A stretch of 63,375 nt of DNA, counting the filler, from Piptocephalis cylindrospora (Eukaryota): assembly GCA_003614145.1 (NCBI GenBank). It is 2 parts of 2 records of this genome, joined end to end, with 100 filler letters (N's around TTAATTAATTAA, not from the genome) between each part and the next. Parts side by side here need not be neighbours in the genome. Positions count along the whole stretch, not along the records: positions 1 to 31,775 come from KZ987750.1; positions 31,876 to 63,375 come from KZ987751.1. One strand, written 5' to 3'. The notes beneath the pieces were generated by a model. That model made no database searches. It was not told where the DNA came from and saw only the letters and a program-made list of their open reading frames with translations. The translations under genes and the position numbers were made by a program. Shown here in pieces: positions 25,844 through 34,448 of the stretch; the first letter of the stretch is position 1; every line of letters starts with the position of its first letter.

Positions 25844-27241
25844 TCAAGCAGAGGAGGCCAAGGAGGGCAGTTGAGCATTCGCCCACTTCCGAAAGTCAGG
25901 CCAGAGGGCACGAAAGCTCTGGGGGTTTTTATTCCAAGCACTGATCTTAAGGACTTGCTTGAAGATTTCAATGAGCTCAAGGGAAATCCGTCCGCGACCT
26001 TTTAGCACAGTCGGGAAACGCCGCTCAAGGTAGTTCTTCTCTCTGCGTATACGGTACTGGGATTGGGGAAAGAGAAGCTCGTGGATGGACGCGACAATGC
26101 CATAGACATCCACAGTCGCCTTCCAACCAAGGCCCTGATGGGCATAGTTATGGTTGAGAATGTTCCAAGACGAAAAATCTGGGGTCCCAGACCAACCATC
26201 ACCCCAAAGCTCACCGGGCATGCGAGCAAGGCCAAAGTCACCAATCTTAAGGAAGCACGGGAAGGGATGAGGGTTTTTTGGAGTGGGAGGGACGGGGAAG
26301 CAGAGGAGATTTTCGACCTTGGTATCCCTATGGATGAGCCCTCCTTCGTTTATCCTCATGTACGCTGCGATAACCGGCATCATCAACCCTCGAACCAAGC
26401 GCTCAGGAAGTGGATGGCCTCTTTGGTAGCCCGGGACCCATTTGCTCACCTCCTCCTCCTGGTCCAGGAGATCACGGAGATCCGAGTTGGCGGTCTCCAT
26501 GATGATGACCCAGTGGGTAGGGTGATGCAGGTAGACATCATAGATGCGGACGACACGTCTGACGCTCATGGAGTAACCCTTGAGAGTGCCACGAACCTCG
26601 TCCCTGAAGATGGACCAGGTGGGATAAGGCCTGTTGTGGTTACCTTGGTCGACCATAACCTTGGGGATGGCCTTGATGGCGACTTTGAGGTTAAAATCGA
26701 TATTATGGGGGTACGGGTACCATGTACCGCTTCGAACCTCGCCAAACGAACCACTACCATACACTTTAGAGCCCATATGAAAGGGGTATGCGGGTTTGTT
26801 GGTCGTCTGCATGTTGGGAGCGACCCCAAGTATTTGTCTGTAGATCTTTTGAAGCGCTTGAGGGTGGGCTTGCCCTAGATTGTTGGGATCCGTTGCATCA
26901 GTGAATTTGGCCAAAGCCTTTTCGGCCCACTCAGACTGCCGGCGAATACTCTGACGGTGTTCATAGGGGAAGTAAGGATGCTTTAGCCTGTCTGATAGAT
27001 TAGACTTGGTTCGGAAGTCCTTTGCTTCTGGACCCGGCAGCATCCTGGCCTTTTGAGGAAGCTTGTGGCGCGGAGCATGTCTGAGCAATGCAGTATGATG
27101 GGAGCCATACGACAGCGCAGAGGACATCCGCGAAAGCCCGGAGAATATAGAATCGCTGAGCGAGTTAGCAGCACCAAAGTGTGTCTGGGTCACGAGAAGA
27201 GAGAAGGTTAGAAGGGGGATGAGGAAGGCTACGGCAAGCAT
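25844..27241 (-). CDS. Divergent Ser/Thr protein kinase with N-terminal signal peptide-like sequence
   Basis: Intronless 465-aa ORF. Hydrophobic N-terminus MLAVAFLIPLLTFSLLVTQTHFGAA; kinase motifs GSGSFGEV, VAIK, alphaC Glu (RDEVRG), HRDTKVEN, KIGDFGLAR, GTPDF and VDVYG. Confidence 0.9.
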   Translation of the reverse strand: MLAVAFLIPLLTFSLLVTQTHFGAANSLSDSIFSGLSRMSSALSYGSHHTALLRHAPRHKLPQKARMLPGPEAKDFRTKSNLSDRLKHPYFPYEHRQSIRRQSEWAEKALAKFTDATDPNNLGQAHPQALQKIYRQILGVAPNMQTTNKPAYPFHMGSKVYGSGSFGEVRSGTWYPYPHNIDFNLKVAIKAIPKVMVDQGNHNRPYPTWSIFRDEVRGTLKGYSMSVRRVVRIYDVYLHHPTHWVIIMETANSDLRDLLDQEEEVSKWVPGYQRGHPLPERLVRGLMMPVIAAYMRINEGGLIHRDTKVENLLCFPVPPTPKNPHPFPCFLKIGDFGLARMPGELWGDGWSGTPDFSSWNILNHNYAHQGLGWKATVDVYGIVASIHELLFPQSQYRIRREKNYLERRFPTVLKGRGRISLELIEIFKQVLKISAWNKNPQSFRALWPDFRKWANAQLPSLASSA

Positions 27242-28314
27242 AGTCGACCAGGAAAGAAGTTGGTGAGGAGTGTCGTTTCAAAAAGGAAGAGAGGGTAGGT
27301 AAGATAAAGATAGGCTAGGTCGTTGCGAAATAGGGAGAAGAATAGTCTTCGTGAGGTCCGAGAGAATGAGAGGAATGAGTAGGCGGACAGTTTGAGTTTT
27401 GGAATGGAAGGTGATGAATGAGAGGAGAGAAAGAGGATGGAGTAGGAGCAAGTCAAGAGACAGGAGAGTGTATTCTCTCCACATTAGAACAGTTTAATAC
27501 TCTACTAATGGGCGGCGGTCGTCATCGTCATTGAGAGCGTCAGGAGCCAGATGGTTGTATAAAAATGTATTGTCATGGGGAAAAACACACATCCAGGGAC
27601 ATTTCAGTCAGGAGCCAGATGGTAAAAAAGGGGGACTCGCTGAAAGAAGGAATAAGACCCTAGCTTTGCCCATCTCCGACAGTGGACACTGAATGGTGTA
27701 TGAGGTGAAGGAATATGGGTGATTGGGCCGTTTGGGGACTCGCCAGAAGGTCGGACTTGTCGGACTTGTCGGACTTGCCAGTCTTTGTAACAAGGATTAG
27801 CAGGGATGATCAACAGAGATGATTAGAAGTTGGTTTATGCCCAAGGAGAGAGCTATTGGCCCCAAGGACGACGTCATGAGTGCGAGCGGACAGAGTAATG
27901 GAAACAAGGACAGCACCCCTCATCTTTGAAGCAAATAGTTCGACATAAAGCTATTTTAAAATCGATCCATCCACCTTTCACGACGGTCTCGGAGAAATAC
28001 ACACGACGACGCCCTTCATACTTTGGAGAAGGAGGGGGGAGGAGCCATGGGAGCCCGACAGCGGGGGATGAGTGTGAGTATCGGTGCAGATGCTCCCTGT
28101 TTTCCAACATGGGGAATCAGGGTCGAAAGGCGAGAGGAGGCGGTCATGTCTAAAATAAGAGATAGGGATGGTGAGACAAAGGCAAGGCAAGGCAAGGCAA
28201 GGAGAGAGGGGAAAAGGAGGGTCAGCCCCAAGGCAATGAATCTCGCGGATGGATGGGCCTCTTGTAGAGCTGCTATCTCTTATCCTATCGATATCTCCCA
28301 CCCTGTCATCTATC

Positions 28315-28683
28315 ATGTTCATGTCACTCATCTTGTGGCTCCTGCCAGTCATCCTATGTTCCATGTTGCCCATCTCATCCATGCATAGTAGCCTCCTCTC
28401 CTCTCTTCCCATGATCAAGTCCCTTGCTGCTACAAATGATCCTCAATGCCCCCTCTCCCCAGACGGGAAGTGTGCATGCTCTGTGCAACCCACATGGGGA
28501 AGAACGTGCATGTCGTTTACAGAAGGAAGAAATATTATCCTGAGTGAAGCACGCCATGCCATCTATCCTTTTCCTGAAATGCAGCGAGCCAAGATAAGGA
28601 GCCCTCTCTTCCTTGATCCAATATACAAGGCATGCATCTCCTCCTCCATCCAGAACGCATACAAAGGCTTTCCCGTTGAGTGA
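28315..28683 (+). CDS. Candidate small secreted Cys-containing protein (about 122 aa)
   Basis: Hydrophobic start MFMSLILWLLPVILCS, then CPLSPDGKCACSVQPTWGRTC. No recognisable family, so it may be non-coding. Confidence 0.3.
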   Translation: MFMSLILWLLPVILCSMLPISSMHSSLLSSLPMIKSLAATNDPQCPLSPDGKCACSVQPTWGRTCMSFTEGRNIILSEARHAIYPFPEMQRAKIRSPLFLDPIYKACISSSIQNAYKGFPVE

Positions 28684-29163
28684 AGGCAAGGCTGTGCCCC
28701 CTCTGTGCAACAGAGAACATAGTGCCAAGAGGATTTCATCTCTCGACCCGACCATTGGTTATTCACATCGGCGAGAAGCGGACTCTGAACATCTGTTTCT
28801 CCATTCTTATCCTCCTTCCCTCACACACACACACACACACCCGCTTCCTTGCCCCACATCTGTGAGGCCTGCTGATAAGCGGAAGCTGCTGCCTTGCCCC
28901 ACACTCGGGGGCCCCTTGCACCATGAGCCCTCGTCCCTGGCTCCACCTGCCTACCAAGAGTTGGGCGGGAGGGAGTGCAGGTCTGAGGGAATGGTGAGTG
29001 CAATCAAAACGATAGTGGCAAAGAGGAGCATCCCTCCTATTCAACTTGAGAATAAAAAGGAGGCGGTTTTTCTCTCTCATCCATCCAATTGCTCTATCCC
29101 TCACACCTCTTCCCCTCTTCCTTGTTCTCTCCCACCCCCCCTAAAGAGTTCCCCTTCAGCGTG

Positions 29164-30735
29164 ATGCCATTCAATAACCCGGCTACTAATCCAGACTTGT
29201 ACGTGGCTGACACGCCCAACCGGTCGGGCGCCAGTACCCCGGCCAGGTTTGACTCGCCCCTCTCGAATGCGAGCCACCTTCATCCCACTGGCCACCACCA
29301 TTTGTCCTTCCAGGAGTGCGTAGACATGGTTATTCAGAAGCTCCGGACCGAGAAGCAATCCAGACCGCATGCCACCCTCCGATCCTACCCGGGAAACTCC
29401 AATGAATCACGCAAACGTCAGCGGGACTCTAGCATCAATGGGATCGAGCATCCCGCATCCACCGGTGTCATCTACGTCATGGATCGGGCCATGCGTCGTG
29501 GATACACCTATGGCGATCCCGCATGGGCCAACTTTGGTCAGGGAGCCCCCGAGGTCGGCCCCATCCCCGGGGGAGCCGACAAAGCCACCACCTTCACTGT
29601 TTCCCAAGATTCTTTTGAGTATGCTCCCACCGCTGGCATCACTAGCCTGCGCAAGGCTGTGGCCAACCTCTACAACAACATGTATCGTCAGGGCAAGGCC
29701 TCGCAGTACACCTATGAAAATGTATGCATCGTCCCTGGGGGTCGGGCTGGGCTGACCCGAGTGGCCGCGGTCGTAGGAGATGTCAATGTCGGGTACTTTC
29801 TCCCCGAGTACACGGCATACGAGCAGATGCTGTCGGTGTTCAAGAAGTTTGTCCCCATCCCCACCCCGCTCGATGAGGATGATGGGTACCATGTGCACCC
29901 CAAGGTGCTACGTAAGGAGATTACCGGTCGGGGTCTCGGAGTCGTGGTGATCAGTAACCCGAGGAACCCGACGGGTCAGATGGTCGAAGGGGAGGAGCTG
30001 AAGGAGGTCCTTTCCATTGTCCGGGAACGGAGCACCACCCTGGTCATGGATGAATTCTACTCGGCGTACGTGTACGACCACCCCGAGGAGGAGGATGGTC
30101 GGACCGTCTCGGCAGCCGAGTACATTGAAGATGTCAACACGGACCCCGTGATCATCGTGGATGGCCTGACCAAGAACCTCCGTCTCCCAGGCTGGAGGGT
30201 GTGTTGGCTGGTGGCCCCCAAGTCCGTGGTGTCCTCCATGCAGGCTGCCGGCTCCTTCCTCGAGGGCGGGGCCAACCACCCGCTTCAGGAGGCGGCCATC
30301 CCCCTCCTCGACCCGGATCACTACCGATCCGAGACCCGAGCCCTCCAGAAGCACTTCCGTGCCAAACGGAATTATGTCCTGGGACGGCTGAACGAGATGG
30401 GCCTTCGCGTCAAGTTCCCTCCCCAGGCCACCTTCTACATCTGGCTCGATCTCTCCTCCCTTCCCACACCCCTGGACAGTGGATTGCACTTTTTCGAGGA
30501 GTGTCTCAAGGAAAAGGTCATCCTGGTCCCGGGGATCTTCTTTGACATCAACCCCTCCCAGCGTCGTGAGCTATTTGATTCTCCCTGTCATCATTTTGTC
30601 CGCTTGTCGTTTGGTCCTCCCATGGATGAGCTGGTCCGTGGGATGGATGGGATGCAAAGGGTCGTTGAACGGGCTGGTGTCTCCACCACTCCACCCTCCG
30701 GTCTGGCCTCTTCGACCATGTCGGACACCTTCTAA
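29164..30735 (+). CDS. PLP-dependent aminotransferase class I/II (paralog B)
   Basis: First ATG at 29164 (MPFNNPATN). Motifs SNPRNPTG, LVMDEFY and DGLTKNLRLPGWRVCW; colinear with paralog A. Confidence 0.93.
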   Translation: MPFNNPATNPDLYVADTPNRSGASTPARFDSPLSNASHLHPTGHHHLSFQECVDMVIQKLRTEKQSRPHATLRSYPGNSNESRKRQRDSSINGIEHPASTGVIYVMDRAMRRGYTYGDPAWANFGQGAPEVGPIPGGADKATTFTVSQDSFEYAPTAGITSLRKAVANLYNNMYRQGKASQYTYENVCIVPGGRAGLTRVAAVVGDVNVGYFLPEYTAYEQMLSVFKKFVPIPTPLDEDDGYHVHPKVLRKEITGRGLGVVVISNPRNPTGQMVEGEELKEVLSIVRERSTTLVMDEFYSAYVYDHPEEEDGRTVSAAEYIEDVNTDPVIIVDGLTKNLRLPGWRVCWLVAPKSVVSSMQAAGSFLEGGANHPLQEAAIPLLDPDHYRSETRALQKHFRAKRNYVLGRLNEMGLRVKFPPQATFYIWLDLSSLPTPLDSGLHFFEECLKEKVILVPGIFFDINPSQRRELFDSPCHHFVRLSFGPPMDELVRGMDGMQRVVERAGVSTTPPSGLASSTMSDTF

Positions 30736-31775
30736 GGCGGGAAGGAGAGGCTGTGTTTGTGTGTGTAACAAGCCAACGCATGGGCGCCTATGTGTGTGTG
30801 TGTGTCCTTTTTTTATTCTTGGAAACGCATGTTGTTTAATGATGATGGTGGTCCTAGACCAAACGGCTCCTCGTCCTTGCACTTCCTTGTCTCCACTCTG
30901 GGGCAGGGTACAGCACAGCTGTCCCTCTTGCCCCCTGTTCCGATGATGATGTGACCAGAAGTCTTGTTATGATTATGATTATCGATACCCCTCTTCATTC
31001 CCTTCATCATGACGCATTCCCTTATGAACACTCCATCCCCCTCACTGCCCAAAATTGCCTACCTCCATGCACCCAAGAGAATCTTTGCACGTGCATCCCA
31101 CCTACTCTACCCCACTTTCTTCACCAATGATCTGTACTCTCACACTGTCTGTCCAATCAGTGTGTAAGAGGAGGAAAAGAAGAAAAAAAAGGTCCGCTTC
31201 CTCCCATCCCTCCTCCCACTCCATATACCCTCTCATCAACGGCTCCCACACACTGTGACTAGAGAGGCAGAAGAATCGCCCCGGCTCATTTAAGCCAGCT
31301 AGCCCGTTGATCTCATCTCCCTCCTCCCAAGCATCCAACAATGGAGGCCTTCTTAAGGGGAAGAAGCGTAACACACAGGCAATGACTAAAGTGTGCCAAG
31401 GGAGTGGAAAGATACCACTCTCTCCTCCATACAGGAATGGACACTCGATCCACGAGCTCGTTTCGCCCTTTCTATTTCGGTGTCCATTTCGCCCAGCACA
31501 CGGCCCTATTCGGCTTCTTTTTCGCCGTGTATGTATGTGTGTGTCCCTGTCTGTATACCCTGTTGATGTGGGTACTTTCCCCCCTCTGCTCATACGCGCA
31601 TCACCTACCCCTCACACTGTAGTGGTGCCTCCACATCATCATAGCAGTAGCACTGACCGTGTGCCATTTTACCTCACCTCTCCCCCTCCCCTCCCATCCC
31701 CCCATCTCTCGCCCCCACACACACACTCACTCACTCACTCACTCACTCACATCCCTTCCCCTTCAGAAACCTCTC

Positions 31776-31875
31776 NNNNNNNNNNNNNNNNNNNNNNNNN
31801 NNNNNNNNNNNNNNNNNNNTTAATTAATTAANNNNNNNNNNNNNNNNNNNNNNNNNNNNNNNNNNNNNNNNNNNN
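31776..31875. other. Artificial contig-joining spacer
   Basis: N44 + TTAATTAATTAA (31820-31831, stop codons in all six frames) + N44. Confidence 0.97.
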
Positions 31876-33032
31876 CAGATCATAATGGGCCTTCTTTGTT
31901 CATACACTCATGCAAGGCCCCCTCCTTACCGTGGGTCAGGCAAGGGCACGTCTCCGTCTTACATCCCGCAGGGCCTGGACAGGAACACCCAGGATAAAAT
32001 GACTCTTCCAGCTCCAGGTCTATTCCTGGTAAGACCTGTCGGGTAATGTACTGTACCGGAAGTCAGCCTTGTCCCATGCCCCATCCCTCCACTACTTACA
32101 GTGAAAGGGGCAGGAAGCTCTGGGGGACCCGAGATGGAAAGAGAAGCCTTGACTGGGAGGACCCCGTCCGTTTCCACTCCGTCTGAAAGGTCCTCTTTCA
32201 CCACACTCAAGCCTTCTGACATGTAAAGGTTGGGAGATAATAGAATACACAGGAGGAGGTGGGAGAGAATGCGGAGTCATCCATCCCATACCTTGCCTCA
32301 TCCATACATCCCTGATAATCATATCCTTGTATCATCAGGGGGAAAAAAAGCGGGTACAAGCACAAAGACTTATCACCCTAGTGATACTATCCCCCCTTAC
32401 TCTCCTCTTCTGCCCAACGGCTAATCTGCTCCTAGGGTAAATTTCCTCCTCTGCCCTATGAACATCTGGGACCAATACAACAGATCTTTCATGTCCAATG
32501 GATAGCTACAATCAGAGGAGCTTTCCACGCAAAGCCCTTCCCCTCCATTCGACAGTGTATTTCCGCCACCTATGCACATCCGTGTATCCATTGCATCAGG
32601 TGTAGAGATGTCGTTTCCATTTCCCCTCAAACAAAACACCCTCGCTATGCATTACCCCATCATGGTAGGACCCATCCAAATCATGCGCAGTAAGAGACAA
32701 CTCTCCTTGCCTCATCCTACCATGGACATGGGCTGTAACTGGGAAGGGTGCATAGGATGATCGGCAATGCACGTGTCCTCTCAACTGGCCTCTTCTTCAG
32801 CATCATTAAGGGGAAGGGCATGACTAGGAGAGAAACTGCTTCTTCTTCTACACCCTCTCATTATCCCTCCAGTCGTACTGAATGATTAAGCTCCATCGCC
32901 ATTTACATTAAATACCACACACATCCTCTTACTCTCTCCTTCTCCGTCCCCAATCCCACCCTGCTAGATCCTCCTCTTCCCCATACCCCTCACCCTCCTC
33001 TTCCTCCTGTACACCCTGAACCATCCATCCCC

Positions 33033-34136
33033 ATGCGCTCCAGTCATCCCATCACCCTCTTTTCCCTCCACTCCTCTTACCTCGTCCTCTCCCATGTTCC
33101 AACCCCTATCCAGGGCTTCTTTATCCTTCCCCTAGTCAAAGGCCTCGCCTCTTTACTCCATCCCCTCCTCGGGCTTGCCTACTTGACCGTTGCTGCCGAG
33201 GGCCTGCGGCATCGTGAGGATGCTCTATCCATCCTTGAGCAGCGTCAACGCCAGCGCCAACATAGTTCCTCAGTCCCCACACAGCAGTCACCCCGATCAT
33301 CCCACCAACTTCGACCATGGACCCAGTCGGAGTTTGCACGGGCTTGCGCCTACGGGCTAATCGGCCCACACTCTCCTTCCATTCAGGAGAAGCCTCCTAG
33401 TCCAACGGCCTGCTCGGCCCTTTTCCTCCTCTCTATCCTCTCCGTCACCCCTCGTCCCCTCCTGCTCCTTTATCTCTGCATCCTGAGTCGTGCCCTCCAA
33501 TGGGTCCCGTGGGTAGAGACTACCTCCGTAGTCAATGATTTTTCCTCTCGATTGACTCGGACCATCCATGGCCTAGCCCAGTCCAAGTCTCTCTTGCCTT
33601 CCGCCTTTGCCCTTCAATCTCTCTACCATCTTCCTCTTCCCACCTCTCATGATCCTTCCATCCCACTCGGGAAGGTGGACGAGGCTATCCAAATCGAGGA
33701 GGAGAGGGAGGAGGAGGCCATCTCCATCCCTCCCCCTCCCCCATGTCCTACCCCCATCATCCCATTATCGCCTATTTCTTCCCGGGCCTCCTCTGAGGAT
33801 ACTGGGTACTTTTCCGGGGAAAGTAGCATTCACAGCGGTGAGACCAGCATCCAGAGCGGCGACTCCTCTACCCTCTCCACCTCCATCCACCCGGACAAGG
33901 ACGCCCGGGATAGGGAGCGTAAGAGGCTCAAGAAGAAGAGGCAACATGAGAAGAAGAAGCAGGCTACCCAGACCGTGCCCTCCCCCGTCCTCCCTTCCTC
34001 TCCTCCCTCTTCCCCTATCTTAGGTGAAGGCAGGTCAAAGACCAAGGCCCTTCCCAAGTCTAGCCAAGTCCTTGAGAAGCGTGCTGGCTCTCGTGCCAAC
34101 CGTAACCGTCGTCGTGCCGCTTCGACCGCCCATTAA
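33033..34136 (+). CDS. Hypothetical protein (hydrophobic N-half, Ser/Pro-rich and basic C-terminus)
   Basis: 367-aa ATG ORF preceded by the CT-rich leader typical of genes in this window. NLS-like RKRLKKKRQHEKKK; no recognisable domain. Confidence 0.6.
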   Translation: MRSSHPITLFSLHSSYLVLSHVPTPIQGFFILPLVKGLASLLHPLLGLAYLTVAAEGLRHREDALSILEQRQRQRQHSSSVPTQQSPRSSHQLRPWTQSEFARACAYGLIGPHSPSIQEKPPSPTACSALFLLSILSVTPRPLLLLYLCILSRALQWVPWVETTSVVNDFSSRLTRTIHGLAQSKSLLPSAFALQSLYHLPLPTSHDPSIPLGKVDEAIQIEEEREEEAISIPPPPPCPTPIIPLSPISSRASSEDTGYFSGESSIHSGETSIQSGDSSTLSTSIHPDKDARDRERKRLKKKRQHEKKKQATQTVPSPVLPSSPPSSPILGEGRSKTKALPKSSQVLEKRAGSRANRNRRRAASTAH

Positions 34137-34448
34137 GCGCATCATTCCATAGTCCTTTTTATCCCATTCATGTCATCTCTCCTTTTTCGTTTTTCCTTCA
34201 TATCCTCTCTCATTGTTCCTAGCCAGGCGTGCTCATGCTTCCATCGAAATCCACTTGTTTTTCTCGCCTCGGTTCTTTTACTTGTCCCCACAATGTATGT
34301 TAATAATAGCAAGAGGGTGAGAGAAACAAAGAGGCAAGGATCCAGTCAAGTCATCCATTATCTGATCCTGATCATGATCCTGCTCTCCCATTAACCAACG
34401 CAATTCATCAACACATACCCACACACACACACATAAAAAAAGTCATCT

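Noticed and set aside
27812..27830. ACAGAGATGATTAG resembling the U6 snRNA ACAGAGA box
   Set aside because: The flanking U6 sequence (AGC triad, internal stem-loop and 3' U tract) is absent.
31820..31831. Palindromic TTAATTAATTAA inside the N gap
   Set aside because: It is a synthetic six-frame-stop linker flanked by exactly 44 N on each side, so it is not biological. Linkage across it is not assumed.
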